A DNA stretch of 64,000 bases from positions 6,137-70,136 of the forward strand of contig JAJCZL010000038.1 in assembly GCA_029262415.1 (NCBI GenBank), written 5' to 3'. Source of the stretch: Deltaproteobacteria bacterium. GTDB taxonomy: Bacteria; Desulfobacterota; Binatia; UBA1149; JAJCZL01. Position 1 is the first letter of the stretch. Each line of letters starts with the position of its first letter. The notes beneath the pieces are model-generated. The model did not search any database. It worked only from the letters and a program-made list of their open reading frames with translations, and was not told where the DNA came from. The translations under genes were made by a program, and so were the position numbers. This document shows, piece after piece, positions 19,029 to 29,616 of this stretch.

Positions 19029-19520
19029 ACCGCGGAACAGCATTACCTTGGTTGGGTCTTGGGTGGAAACGGTGAGGGAGGAAACCGATGTGCCTAAAAC
19101 CGGGTGGTGGAAGGCCGGGGCCAGTTCGCTGAGCGGTAGCAACACGAACTTGCGGTTGACCAGCTCGGGGTGGGGGATCTTGAGGGTCCTCGAATTAATG
19201 ACCTGGTCGCCGAAAAAGAGAATATCGAGGTCTATTACCCGCGAAACCGATTTTTTCTCGGTCTCGCGCTTGCGGCCCATGGTTTTCTCTATTTTTTGTA
19301 GGGCTTTGAGCAGGTCTTTGGCTTCAAGGGTAGTTTCGACGCCGATGACGCCGTTGACAAACCAATTGCGGGCGCGTCCATGCGGTTCGCTTTCATAGAG
19401 CGAGGATTGCGAGACCACCTTGGTGTCGGCAATTCCACGCACTTCAGCGATTGCACGTCGAAAGTTCTCTTGGCGGTCGCCGAGGTTCGTCCCGACGCCT
19501 ATGTAGGCGATTTGGCCCAT
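19026..19520 (-). CDS. folK: 2-amino-4-hydroxy-6-hydroxymethyldihydropteridine diphosphokinase
   Basis: YIGVGTNLGDR, SSLYESEP, RVIDLDIL, IPHP...RKFVLLPL. Confidence 0.95.
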   Translation of the reverse strand: MGQIAYIGVGTNLGDRQENFRRAIAEVRGIADTKVVSQSSLYESEPHGRARNWFVNGVIGVETTLEAKDLLKALQKIEKTMGRKRETEKKSVSRVIDLDILFFGDQVINSRTLKIPHPELVNRKFVLLPLSELAPAFHHPVLGTSVSSLTVSTQDPTKVMLFRG

Positions 19521-19655
19521 GTTCGCATTCCTCGCAGCTAGCCGGCAACTTTCCCTCTATTTTCCAGTTACTTAGCTGAGGGACCCGACCTTGTAACGAA
19601 AATCCGTGTTCAGGTCCAACGAAAACACCTGGAAGGCGGGATTATTGTGGGACAG

Positions 19656-20453
19656 TTACCCGAGGGTGTCGCGCATCGAGTACAGGCCCGGAGCACGACC
19701 GCAGAGCCAGCGTGCCGCGCGGACGGCGCCCGCGGCCAGGCAATCGCGCGACAGCGCGCGATGGGTCAACTCGATCCGCTCGCCGGTGCCGACGAACATC
19801 ACGGTATGCTCCCCCGGGGAGTCGCCGCCGCGCAGCGCGACTACGCCGATCTCGTCTTTGCTGCGTGCGCCGACGACACCCGCGCGGGCGCTGAGCAGCG
19901 CCTTCTTCGGGTCTAGCCCTCTGGCGGCGGCCGCAGTTTCGCCGAGCGCAATCGCGGTGCCACTGGGAGCGTCAATCTTACGGTTGTGGTGGATCTCGAC
20001 GATCTCGCAATCAAACTCGGCCAGCTGTGCCGCGGCCTGTTCGACCAGGCCGAGCAGAACGTTGACGCCGATGCTCATGTTGGCTGCGAGCATGGTCGGC
20101 ATGTTCTTTGCGAGTTCGCTCAGCTGGTCGCGCTGCTGGTGGGAGAGGCCCGAGGTGCCCACGATGATGGCGGCACCGGTGCGCGCGGCGGCCTCGAGAT
20201 GCCTCATTGAGGCATCGGGGGAGGTGAAGTCGACGGTTACGGTTCCGGCCTGGGCGACCGCTGCGTAGTTGTCAGCGACCGCGATGCCGTTGCTCTCGAT
20301 TGCAGCGAGTGCACCGCTGTCACGCCCGATCCACTCCGAGCCCGGCGCCTCGAGCGCGGCTATCAGCCTGACGTCTGCTTGCTCGGCGGCCAAAGCGATG
20401 ATGCGGCGACCCATCCGACCTGCGGCGCCGCAGACGATCAACTCGATGCTCAT
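19656..20453 (-). CDS. dapB: 4-hydroxy-tetrahydrodipicolinate reductase
   Basis: GAAGRMG, EIHHNRKIDAPSGTA, GEHTV. Confidence 0.96.
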   Translation of the reverse strand: MSIELIVCGAAGRMGRRIIALAAEQADVRLIAALEAPGSEWIGRDSGALAAIESNGIAVADNYAAVAQAGTVTVDFTSPDASMRHLEAAARTGAAIIVGTSGLSHQQRDQLSELAKNMPTMLAANMSIGVNVLLGLVEQAAAQLAEFDCEIVEIHHNRKIDAPSGTAIALGETAAAARGLDPKKALLSARAGVVGARSKDEIGVVALRGGDSPGEHTVMFVGTGERIELTHRALSRDCLAAGAVRAARWLCGRAPGLYSMRDTLG

Positions 20454-20457
20454 GAGA

Positions 20458-21330
20458 TCAGCACAGCCCTACTTCGGTCATCGCCGCCTGAAGCTTGTCG
20501 CGAAGCTCCGGCCGCAACGGTGTCATCGGGAGGCGCAGCTCGTCGCCCATGCGTCCGAGGATTGCGAGCGCGGTCTTGACCGGAACCGGGTTCGTTTGCA
20601 GGAACAGAGCGCGGAACAGCGGCAGCATTTTGCGGTGCATGGACAGGGCAGTTGAAAAATCGCCGTCGCTAGCCGCATTGACCATGTCGCACATGTGTTC
20701 GGGCACAAGATTAGATGTCACCGAGATCACGCCTCTGGCGCCGATCGACATCAGCGGCAGGGTCAGCGAGTCGTCGCCGGAGATCACCGCGAAGTCGGCG
20801 GGCGCAAGCGCGATGATGTCCATCGCATGGTCGAGCGAACCAGAGGCTTCTTTGACCGCGACGATGTTCGGATGCACCGCCAAGCGTGCGATCGTCTCGG
20901 CTTCCATGTTGACCGCCGAACGTCCGGGGATGTTGTAGAGGATTTGCGGGATGTCTGCCGCATCGGCGATCGCACGGTAGTGCTCGAACAGCCCTTCTTG
21001 GGTCGGCTTGTTGTAATAGGGGGCGATCAGCAGCACACCGTCGGCACCCGCCTGTGCCGCGTACTTGGTGAGGGTGACGGCCTCCGCGGTATTGTTGGAG
21101 CCGGTCCCGGCGATAACCCTGACCCGGCCCGCAGCTTCTTCGATGGCGATCGAGATGACGGTCTGGTGCTCGCCGTGGCTAAGTGTCGCCGACTCGCCGG
21201 TGCTGCCGCACGGTACGATTCCGTCGATGCCCGACTGGATCTGCGCGCGCACGAGCGCACGGAAAGCCTCTTCGTCGACTTTGCCGTCTCTAAAAGGGGT
21301 AACCAGCGCGGTGTAGGTACCTGCGAACAT
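20458..21330 (-). CDS. dapA: 4-hydroxy-tetrahydrodipicolinate synthase
   Basis: ALVTPF, GSTGES, PYYNKP, LYNIPGR, VKEASG, NPVPVK. Confidence 0.97.
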   Translation of the reverse strand: MFAGTYTALVTPFRDGKVDEEAFRALVRAQIQSGIDGIVPCGSTGESATLSHGEHQTVISIAIEEAAGRVRVIAGTGSNNTAEAVTLTKYAAQAGADGVLLIAPYYNKPTQEGLFEHYRAIADAADIPQILYNIPGRSAVNMEAETIARLAVHPNIVAVKEASGSLDHAMDIIALAPADFAVISGDDSLTLPLMSIGARGVISVTSNLVPEHMCDMVNAASDGDFSTALSMHRKMLPLFRALFLQTNPVPVKTALAILGRMGDELRLPMTPLRPELRDKLQAAMTEVGLC

Positions 21331-21334
21331 CGTT

Positions 21335-22186
21335 TCAACCTTCCACGTTTACGTCGAACGTGCCAGAGAACACCTCGACGGCCGGCCCGGTCATGATCAC
21401 TTCGCCGGACTCGGTGTATTCGATTTCCAGATCTCCGCCGGGCAGCGACACCGTCGCTTTGCGCTCGCAGCGTCCGGTCAACACGCCCGCGACAACCGAC
21501 GCGCAAGCGCCGGTGCCGCAGGCTGCGGTCTCGCCCGAGCCACGCTCCCATACCCGCATGGTCAGGTGATCGGGCGCGTCGACGCGAATGAACTCGGTGT
21601 TCACGCCTTCGGGGAAAAATGGGTGCTCGGCGAACGGCGGCCCGATCACGTAGAGCTTTAAGTCGCTGGGGTCGGCGTCGAAGGTCACCGCATGGGGGTT
21701 GCCCATCGAAACGCAGGTGACGTGCCATATGCGCCCCTCAACCTCGATGGGGTGGTTGATGACTTCGCCGTCGGCGTCGACAGGGATGCGGCGGCCGCTG
21801 AGTTCGGCGCTGCCCATGTTCACGGTGACGCTCGATACTTTTCCGTCGCTCTTGTGTAGCGTGAGATGCTTGATGCCCGCATCGGTGTCCACCGAGAGCT
21901 CGTTGCGTGCGTTGTCGAGCAGGCCGTGGTCGTGGACGAACTTGGCGAGTGCGCGGATGCCGTTGCCGCACATGATCCCGCGGCTCCCGTCGGCGTTATA
22001 CATCTCCATGCGGAACTCGGCGGCCTCGGAGGGGCACACGAGGATGAGTCCGTCCGAACCTATACCGCCGCGCCTGTCCGAAACTGTGCGCGCGACCGCG
22101 GGGGCGTTCTCGATCATGCCGCCGGTGCAATCGACGAACAGGTAGTCGTTGCGGCAACCGTGCAGCTTTGTCAGCTCGAGTCTCAT
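21335..22186 (-). CDS. dapF: Diaminopimelate epimerase
   Basis: NADGS..MCGNG, SMGNPH, WERGSGETAACGTGA. Confidence 0.96.
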   Translation of the reverse strand: MRLELTKLHGCRNDYLFVDCTGGMIENAPAVARTVSDRRGGIGSDGLILVCPSEAAEFRMEMYNADGSRGIMCGNGIRALAKFVHDHGLLDNARNELSVDTDAGIKHLTLHKSDGKVSSVTVNMGSAELSGRRIPVDADGEVINHPIEVEGRIWHVTCVSMGNPHAVTFDADPSDLKLYVIGPPFAEHPFFPEGVNTEFIRVDAPDHLTMRVWERGSGETAACGTGACASVVAGVLTGRCERKATVSLPGGDLEIEYTESGEVIMTGPAVEVFSGTFDVNVEG

Positions 22187-22188
22187 TT

Positions 22189-23442
22189 TCAGCCGAGGCT
22201 CTCCGGAATCGTCTCTCCCTGGATGAGCTGCTCTAGAGTCTCACGTTCGCGGACGATGTGAAAAACGTCGCCGTCGACGAGGACCTCGGCCGGCTTGGTG
22301 CGCGCGTTGTAGTTCGATGCCATCGCGAATCCGTACGCGCCGGCACTCATCACCACGAGCAAGCCGCCCGGGCCGACGTTCGCGACTGCGCGTTCCTTGG
22401 CGAAGAAGTCGCCGCTTTCGCAGACCGGTCCGACGACGTCGGCAACCACGCTCTGCGTGGCTTCGGACTCGGCGAGGATCTCGTGGAAGGCGCTGTAGAG
22501 CGAAGGGCGCGCCAAGTCGTTCATCGCCGCATCGACGACGATGAAGTTCTTCTGGTTATTGCCCTTGTGGTAGAGCACCCGCGTCACCAAGCATCCGGCG
22601 TTGCCGACGATCGAGCGACCCGGCTCTACGATCAGGGTCAGGTCGCGTCCGCCCAGTGCATCGCCGAGCACGGCGGCGTAGGTGTCGGTGCTGGGCGGGG
22701 TTTCGTCTTGGTAGCAAATACCCAGCCCGCCGCCCATATCCAGCAGCCGGATCTCGATGCCCGAATCGGCTAAACGGTCGACGAATCTCGTCATCCTGCC
22801 GACTGCTTCGACGAACGGTTCGGTGGTGGTCAGTTGTGAGCCGATATGACAGTCGGCACCGACAATCTCGAGTCCCTTCATCGTGGCCGCGCGCTGGTAG
22901 TCTTCGAAGCAACGCTCCAATGGTATGCCGAACTTGCTGGTCTTCAGGCCGGTCGAAATGTATGGGTGCGTTTTCGGATCGACATCCGGGTTGACGCGCA
23001 GGGCGACAGGCGCGCGGGTGTTCATCTCGCGACCGACACAGTCGATGGTGTCGAGCTCGGCAGGCGACTCGACGTTGAACATGAGGATGCCGGCTTCCAG
23101 AGCCATGCGGATCTCCCACGGCTGCTTACCGACCCCTGAGAACACCACCTTGCCGGGGTCGCCGCCCGCGGCCAGCACACGGTGGAGTTCACCGCCGGAG
23201 ACGACGTCGAAGCCCGCGCCTTCGTTTGCCAGCGCGCGAAGCACAGCGAGGTTGCCGTTGGCTTTGACCGAGTAACACACCAGATGGGTGCGGTCACCGA
23301 AACCGGACACGTATCCTGCGTAGGCTTCGCGGATGGCGGCAAGGCTATAAACGTATGACGGGGTACCGGCCTGCTCGGCGATGCGCGCAAGCGGCACGTT
23401 TTCGACGTGGAGCCGACCGTCCTTGTATTCGAAATGACTCAT
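22189..23442 (-). CDS. lysA: Diaminopimelate decarboxylase
   Basis: YSVKAN, SKFG, HIGSQ, EPGR, GPVCESGD, GAYG..MASNYN. Confidence 0.97.
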   Translation of the reverse strand: MSHFEYKDGRLHVENVPLARIAEQAGTPSYVYSLAAIREAYAGYVSGFGDRTHLVCYSVKANGNLAVLRALANEGAGFDVVSGGELHRVLAAGGDPGKVVFSGVGKQPWEIRMALEAGILMFNVESPAELDTIDCVGREMNTRAPVALRVNPDVDPKTHPYISTGLKTSKFGIPLERCFEDYQRAATMKGLEIVGADCHIGSQLTTTEPFVEAVGRMTRFVDRLADSGIEIRLLDMGGGLGICYQDETPPSTDTYAAVLGDALGGRDLTLIVEPGRSIVGNAGCLVTRVLYHKGNNQKNFIVVDAAMNDLARPSLYSAFHEILAESEATQSVVADVVGPVCESGDFFAKERAVANVGPGGLLVVMSAGAYGFAMASNYNARTKPAEVLVDGDVFHIVRERETLEQLIQGETIPESLG

Positions 23443-23487
23443 AGCATTGTCTCTTTTCTTGAGCAGACGGGCAGCCCAGACAGACTG

Positions 23488-25299
23488 TTAGTTGGTGGGC
23501 GCGACGACTTCAATGATCGGCGAGGCGGTGCCGTGTTGGTCGTGTGAGTCGAAGGCCCGCACTCGGTACTGCACGTCGATCCGCGGCGCGTCGGTGTCTA
23601 CGAAGGTGAAGGTTTGCTGTGGCCGCACCCGGCGGTTGTCCTCGACGGGTACCAGCGCGATGTCACGGAACTCGCCCGCGCCGCTACGGCGCGCGACCAC
23701 GAAGCCTGTGAGGTCGCGCAACCGCGTGCCGTCAGCGCTGGTTTTCGGCCGCCGCCAACGGACTTTGACCCCGCCCTCGGCGGTTCGCTCGGCCTTGACC
23801 GTACCCATTGCGATGTTGGTGTCCTCGGGAGGACGAGGCGATGTGCGCACGCCGCAGGCGGGTGTTATCGCCGCTCCAAGAGTCGCGGCGAGCGCCAATG
23901 CCACCAACTTGCGCAGCCGCTTCTTCAAGTTGCTGCCGGAGGTTCCACCGGGGGATGTTCTGCGTGCGACGGCCGCTCGGGGGTCGAGCATCTTGGCCGC
24001 GTCGGCCTCGAAGGCGTCGGAGAAGCCCGAAAGCGTGGCTGCATCCAGCTCGGTGAGCTTGGTACCGGTCTTGATGACGTGGGCGACGATGCTGCCGCAG
24101 ACCTCGTGGGCATCGCGAAAGGGGACGCCGCGTCCTACCAGGTACTCGGCGAGGTCGGTCGCAAGCATCAGGTCTTCGCTGCCGGCGTCAGCCATGCGCT
24201 CGATGTCGAAGCTCAGCGACGCGGTCAGGCCGGAAAGCTGTTCGAGGCTGCCGATCGCGCTGTCGGTGCTGTCGAACAGCGGTTCCTTGTCTTCCTGAAG
24301 GTCGCTGTTGTAGGCCAAGGGTAGCCCTTTGATAGCCGTCAACAGCGCGAGCAGGTTGCCGTAGACGCGCCCGGACTTCCCGCGTACCAGTTCGGCGATG
24401 TCGGGGTTTTTTTTCTGCGGCATCATCGAGCTACCGGTCGAGTAGGCGTCGTCGAGGAGCACGAACCTGAATTCAGACGTTGCCCACAGCGTGATCTCTC
24501 CTGCCCAACGGCTGATGTGGGCGAAGAGGATGGCGATCGCCGAGAGGTACTCGAGAATGAAATCGCGGTCGGCGACCGCATCGATGCTGTTTTCGCTCAC
24601 GCGTGCAAAACCGAGCGACTTGGCCACGTGTTTGGGGTCGATCGGCAGCGTGGTGCCGGCCAGTGCTCCGGCGCCGAGCGCAAGCACGTCGAGGCGCCTG
24701 AGGCAGTCGGCCAGTCGCGCGCGGTCGCGCGCGAGCATGTCGTAGTAGGCGAGTAGGTGATGACCGAGCAGGACCGGCTGCGCGCGCTGCATATGGGTGT
24801 AGCCGGGTAAGATCGCGTCTTCGTGCTTGCGTGCGACATCGATGAGCGTCTTTTGCAGCTTGGCGATCCCTGCGTCGACGCCGGCGATCGCGTCCTTCAT
24901 GTAAAGGCGAACGTCGGTGACGACTTGGTCGTTACGGCTGCGTGCCGTGTGCAGCCTTGCGCCGGCCTTGCCCGCGATCTCGATCAAACGGCGTTCAACC
25001 GCCATGTGCACGTCTTCATCGTCGAGCGTTGGGGTGAAGCGCCCCTGTTCGAATTCGATCAGGATCGAGCGCAGGCCCTTGACTATCGCGTCGCGGTCGC
25101 CGGCCGGGATTATTTTTTGCGCCGCGAGCATCTCGGCGTGGGCGATGCCCGCGCGGATGTCGTAGGGCAGTAGCCGGATATCGAAGCCGATCGATGCGGT
25201 GAACGCTTGCGTGCGCTCAGAAGGCCTGCGTGAGAACCGACCGCCCCAAGTTCGGTTGGAACCTTCGCTTCCCGTTGTGTCGCTTTTTTTCGCAGTCAC
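23488..25299 (-). CDS. argH: Argininosuccinate lyase fused in-frame to a C-terminal lipoprotein-like/FN3-like domain
   Basis: WGGRF, HTARSRNDQV, GYTHMQRAQP, GSSMMPQKKNPD; about 145 extra residues follow the normal ArgH end. Confidence 0.93.
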   Translation of the reverse strand: MTAKKSDTTGSEGSNRTWGGRFSRRPSERTQAFTASIGFDIRLLPYDIRAGIAHAEMLAAQKIIPAGDRDAIVKGLRSILIEFEQGRFTPTLDDEDVHMAVERRLIEIAGKAGARLHTARSRNDQVVTDVRLYMKDAIAGVDAGIAKLQKTLIDVARKHEDAILPGYTHMQRAQPVLLGHHLLAYYDMLARDRARLADCLRRLDVLALGAGALAGTTLPIDPKHVAKSLGFARVSENSIDAVADRDFILEYLSAIAILFAHISRWAGEITLWATSEFRFVLLDDAYSTGSSMMPQKKNPDIAELVRGKSGRVYGNLLALLTAIKGLPLAYNSDLQEDKEPLFDSTDSAIGSLEQLSGLTASLSFDIERMADAGSEDLMLATDLAEYLVGRGVPFRDAHEVCGSIVAHVIKTGTKLTELDAATLSGFSDAFEADAAKMLDPRAAVARRTSPGGTSGSNLKKRLRKLVALALAATLGAAITPACGVRTSPRPPEDTNIAMGTVKAERTAEGGVKVRWRRPKTSADGTRLRDLTGFVVARRSGAGEFRDIALVPVEDNRRVRPQQTFTFVDTDAPRIDVQYRVRAFDSHDQHGTASPIIEVVAPTN

Positions 25300-25303
25300 T
25301 CGT

Positions 25304-26527
25304 TCAGCCTTTCTTGCCCGCGGCCTTGCGCTCGACTAGACGACGGACTTTGAGCCGCAGCGCATTCAGACGAATGAAGCCGCTAGCATCGGCTTGTGAG
25401 TACACGCTGTCTTCTTCGAACGTTGCGAGTTCGGGCATGTACAACGACTGGTCGGCGCGACGTCCCGCCACAGAGGCGCGTCCTTTGTATAGCTTCATGC
25501 GTACCGTTCCGGTGACCGGTTTCTGCGATTCATCGACGGCTGCTTGCAGCATTTCACGCTCGGGCGCGAACCAGAACCCGTAGTAGACCATCTCGGCGTA
25601 GCGCGGGATGAACCCGTCGCGCAGGTGCATGACCTCGCGATCCATCGTCAGGGTTTCGAGCGCACGGTGCGCCGCGTTTAGTACCGTCACCGCCGGAGTT
25701 TCGTACACGCCGCGCGATTTCATACCGACAAAACGGTTCTCGACGATGTCGTCGCGGCCGATACCGTGAGCGGCGGCGATCTCGGCAAGTTTTTTTAGAA
25801 GCTCGAACGGGCTCAGGTGCTCGCCGTTGAGTTCGACCGGATTGCCTTGCCGATAGCTGATCTCGACGTAGTCGGCCGTATCCGGTGCTTTCTCCGGCGC
25901 GACCGTGGTCAGGAACATGTCCTCGTTGGGTTCTTGCCACGGATCCTCCAGCTCGGATCCCTCGTAGCTGATGTGAACGATATTCTGGTCCATCGAGTAA
26001 GGTCTGTCGCGGGTGATCGGAAGTTCGATGCCGTGGTTTTCGGCGTAGGCGAAAAGTTTGCTGCGCGAGCTCAAATCCCAAACCCGCCAAGGTGCGATGA
26101 CATCGAGTTCGGGCGCCAGCGCTGCAAAGGTCAACTCGAAACGGACTTGGTCGTTGCCTTTGCCGGTTGCGCCATGACTCACCGCCTGCGCACTGGTCTG
26201 CTCGGCGATCTCGACCTGGCGCTGCGCGATACACGGGCGAGCGATCGAGGTGCCCAGCAGGTAGGTGCCCTCGTAGATCGCGCCGGCGCGCAGCATCGGA
26301 AATACGAAGTCGGAGGCGAAGCGTTCGCGCAGGTCTTCGACGAAGACTGCGCTTGCGCCGGTTTTGAGCGCTTTCTCGCGCACCGCATCGTAGTCGTCGC
26401 CTTGGCCGACGTCAGCGACGTAAGCGACGACCTCGCACTCGTAGCGCTCTGCCAGCCACGTCAGGATCACCGAGGTGTCGAGGCCGCCGCTGTAGGCCAG
26501 TACAATCTTTTCGTAGCTCTTGCTCAC
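25304..26527 (-). CDS. argG: Argininosuccinate synthase
   Basis: [31 protein letters not shown]. Confidence 0.97.
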   Translation of the reverse strand: MSKSYEKIVLAYSGGLDTSVILTWLAERYECEVVAYVADVGQGDDYDAVREKALKTGASAVFVEDLRERFASDFVFPMLRAGAIYEGTYLLGTSIARPCIAQRQVEIAEQTSAQAVSHGATGKGNDQVRFELTFAALAPELDVIAPWRVWDLSSRSKLFAYAENHGIELPITRDRPYSMDQNIVHISYEGSELEDPWQEPNEDMFLTTVAPEKAPDTADYVEISYRQGNPVELNGEHLSPFELLKKLAEIAAAHGIGRDDIVENRFVGMKSRGVYETPAVTVLNAAHRALETLTMDREVMHLRDGFIPRYAEMVYYGFWFAPEREMLQAAVDESQKPVTGTVRMKLYKGRASVAGRRADQSLYMPELATFEEDSVYSQADASGFIRLNALRLKVRRLVERKAAGKKG

Positions 26528-26539
26528 GGTGTTCCTTTT

Positions 26540-27466
26540 CTACATCGCTTCGGGGGCTTCGAGAAGCCACGCGAGAAGCGCCTTCTGCAGATGCAGACGG
26601 TTCTCGGCCTGGGCGACGATGATCGAGTGGGGGCCGTCGACGACCTCGGCACTGATTTCCTCGCCACGGTGCGCAGGTAGGCAGTGCATGACGATCACGT
26701 TGTCGGCCGCGTTCGCGAGGACCTGCGCATTGACCTGGTAGGGTGCGAAGACTTTTTTGCGCCGCTCGCTTTCGGCCTCCTGTCCCATGCTTGCCCACAC
26801 GTCGGTATAAAGGACATCGGCACCGGCGGTGCCCTCCTCGACATCGCAGGTGACAGAGAGGGTGGACTTCGCGTTTTTGCGTGCCCGTTCAAGCACTTCG
26901 GGGTCGGGTTCGTACCCGGCCGGGCACACCAGCGTGAAGTCGAAACCCAGCTTGGCGGCCGCGTATAGCCAGGAATGAACCATGTTGTTACCGTCGCCGA
27001 CAAAGACGACGTTCAGTTTTGAGATGTCGCCGCGCACCTCACTCAGCGTAAAGCAGTCGGCAAGCACCTGGCAAGGGTGGAGCAGGTCGGTGAGTCCGTT
27101 GATCACCGGAATCGTTGAGGCGTCGGCCAATTCGACCAGAGACGAATGCGAGAAGGTGCGGGCGACGATCACATCTACCCAGCACGACAAGTTTTTCGCG
27201 ATGTCTGCAACCGATTCGCGTTGGCCGAACTGAATGTCACCGGGGGCGAGATAGATCGCGTCGCCGCCGAGTTGGTGGATCCCGGTTTCGAACGTAACAC
27301 GCGTACGCAGGCTCGGCTTCTCGAAGATCATGGCAAGGGTTCGACCGCTTAGCCACGCGTGTGGGCGCCTTGCCTTGAGGTCGGCTTTCAAACGCCCGGA
27401 GAGCGCGATCAAGTGCTCGATCTCGCTGACCGTCAGATCGTCGATCGATAAGAGATTGCGGGTCAC
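26540..27466 (-). CDS. argF: Ornithine carbamoyltransferase
   Basis: FEKPSLRTR, HPCQ, DVWASMG, MHCLP. Confidence 0.95.
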   Translation of the reverse strand: MTRNLLSIDDLTVSEIEHLIALSGRLKADLKARRPHAWLSGRTLAMIFEKPSLRTRVTFETGIHQLGGDAIYLAPGDIQFGQRESVADIAKNLSCWVDVIVARTFSHSSLVELADASTIPVINGLTDLLHPCQVLADCFTLSEVRGDISKLNVVFVGDGNNMVHSWLYAAAKLGFDFTLVCPAGYEPDPEVLERARKNAKSTLSVTCDVEEGTAGADVLYTDVWASMGQEAESERRKKVFAPYQVNAQVLANAADNVIVMHCLPAHRGEEISAEVVDGPHSIIVAQAENRLHLQKALLAWLLEAPEAM

Positions 27467-28629
27467 GGCAGCGCCTCCTCGAGCAGCTTGAGTCCTTCGT
27501 CGATTTCCGCGGTGGTGATCGTAAGCGGTGGCAGAAAGCGCACGACGTTGCCGGCGGTAGCGTTCAAGATCACACCGGCTTCCAGCGCGCGGTCAACGAT
27601 CGGGCGAGCGGGGCCGGTCAATTCCATCCCGACCATCAATCCGCGACCGCGCACATCTTTGATGTCTGCGCGTTGCGCGGCGATGGCGCGGAGTGCATCG
27701 GCGAGGTGTTCGCCCGAAGCCCTGCAGTTTTCGAGAACGCCTTCGGCGTCGAAACTCTCGATAACCGCGATGCCGGCCGCGCAGGCTACCGGGTTGGCGC
27801 CGAACGTGGTGCCGTGAGTACCCGGTTTGAATGCCGCGGCGGCACTCTCGGTCGCAAGCATTGCGCCGATCGGCAATCCCGCGGCAAGTCCCTTGGCCGA
27901 ACACAGAATGTCGGGTGTGATGCCTTCGTGTTCGTGCGCGTAGAACTTACCGGTACGTCCCATGCCGGTTTGCACCTCATCGAAGATCAGCAAGGCGCCG
28001 GTTCTGTCGCAGATCTCGCGTAGCGCGCGCAGGTACCCCGCCGGCGGTACCAATACGCCGCCTTCTCCTATTATGGGCTCGACCATGATTGCCGCCGTAT
28101 GGTCCCCGGCGGCATCGGCGGCGGCCTCGGTATCGCCGTAGGCCACGTGCATGAACCCCGCCGGCATCGGGCCGAAACCTTCCTGCAGGTCGGGCTGTCC
28201 GCTGGCGGCAAGCGCGCCGAGCGTGCGTCCGTGGAACGAACCGTGTGCGGCGACGATTTCAAAGCGATCGCCGCCGGCGCGCCGCGCGAGCTTAATCGCC
28301 GCTTCGACGGACTCGGTTCCGCTGTTACAGAAGAACACGCGGTCGGCGAAGCTGCGCTCACACAACATCTCGGCGAGGCGGGCAGCGGGCGCGTGGTAGT
28401 AGAGGTTGCTCGTATGCAGAAGCTTCTTGCTCTGCGTGGCGATGGCCTCGCTGACCCGGGGGTGGCCATGGCCGAGGCAACTCACGCCGAGGCCGCTGAA
28501 CATATCGAGGTAGCGCTTGCCGTTCTCGTCGAACAGATAGCGTCCTTCGCCGTGGTCGAAGGCGACGGCGAAACGCGCATAGTTTCCGACCATAAAACGG
28601 TTGGTGCGCTCGATCGTCGTGGTGCTCAT
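27463..28629 (-). CDS. argD: Acetylornithine aminotransferase
   Basis: [33 protein letters not shown]; arg cluster context. Confidence 0.93.
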   Translation of the reverse strand: MSTTTIERTNRFMVGNYARFAVAFDHGEGRYLFDENGKRYLDMFSGLGVSCLGHGHPRVSEAIATQSKKLLHTSNLYYHAPAARLAEMLCERSFADRVFFCNSGTESVEAAIKLARRAGGDRFEIVAAHGSFHGRTLGALAASGQPDLQEGFGPMPAGFMHVAYGDTEAAADAAGDHTAAIMVEPIIGEGGVLVPPAGYLRALREICDRTGALLIFDEVQTGMGRTGKFYAHEHEGITPDILCSAKGLAAGLPIGAMLATESAAAAFKPGTHGTTFGANPVACAAGIAVIESFDAEGVLENCRASGEHLADALRAIAAQRADIKDVRGRGLMVGMELTGPARPIVDRALEAGVILNATAGNVVRFLPPLTITTAEIDEGLKLLEEALP

Positions 28630-29564
28630 TTTGACGTGCCCGACGCCGCGGTCGCTCCCGCCGGCCGACCCTTTTCGCCGGGCGGCGGGTCGCCGAGTAC
28701 CACTTCGGTGCCGACACCCCGCTCGGTAAAAATCTCCAGAAGGAGCGCGTGGCTGATGCGCCCGTCGATGATGTGGACTTGCTTGACCGAACCTTCGAGA
28801 GCCTGCAGAGCACATTCAACTTTAGGTATCATGCCTTCGTTGATGGTGCCGTCGGCTATCCACTTGCGCGCCTGTGTGGTGCCGACAAACGCTTGCACGT
28901 TACCGCCGTCGTCGCGGATGCCCTCGACGTCGGTCAGCAAGATCAGCTTTTCGGCGCCGAGCGCCTGGGCAAGCTTGGACGCGACCACGTCTGCGTTGAT
29001 GTTGTAGGTGTGGCCCTCGCCATCCAGACCGATAGGTGCGATCACCGGAATGAAATCGGTGCCGACCAAACGGTCGAGAATCTCCGGTTGGATGCTGGCG
29101 ACGTCGCCGACCATGCCGAGGTCAACCGCTACGGTGCCATCGCTGTTCGGAGCCGGTACGTGCTTGCGGGCGACGATCAGGTGGCCGTCTTTTCCGCTGA
29201 GTCCGAGTGCTTTGCCGCCACACTTGTGGATCGCTGCCACGATGCCCTTATTGACCTGGCCGACCAGCACCATCTCGACGATTTCCATGGTCTCGAAGTC
29301 AGTCACCCGCATCCCGCGAACGAACTTGCTCTCGATGCCCATGCGGTCGAGCAGCTTGCCGATCTGCGGACCGCCGCCGTGGACGATCACCGGGTTGAGG
29401 CCGAGCGACTTGAGCAGCACCAGATCCTCGGCGAAGCTCTGCTTAAGCGCCCCGTCGATCATGGCGTGACCACCGTATTTGATTACGACCGTACGTCCGC
29501 GAAAACGCTGCATATAAGGCAGCGCTTCGAGTAATACTTTAGCTTTTGCGATCAGTTGGTCCAT
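28626..29564 (-). CDS. argB: Acetylglutamate kinase
   Basis: [28 protein letters not shown]. Confidence 0.96.
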   Translation of the reverse strand: MDQLIAKAKVLLEALPYMQRFRGRTVVIKYGGHAMIDGALKQSFAEDLVLLKSLGLNPVIVHGGGPQIGKLLDRMGIESKFVRGMRVTDFETMEIVEMVLVGQVNKGIVAAIHKCGGKALGLSGKDGHLIVARKHVPAPNSDGTVAVDLGMVGDVASIQPEILDRLVGTDFIPVIAPIGLDGEGHTYNINADVVASKLAQALGAEKLILLTDVEGIRDDGGNVQAFVGTTQARKWIADGTINEGMIPKVECALQALEGSVKQVHIIDGRISHALLLEIFTERGVGTEVVLGDPPPGEKGRPAGATAASGTSK

Positions 29565-29616
29565 GGGCGTTTGTGCCTCCGGGTCCGCGCTCTATCTGCT
29601 TCGCGGCCGGGCCTGC

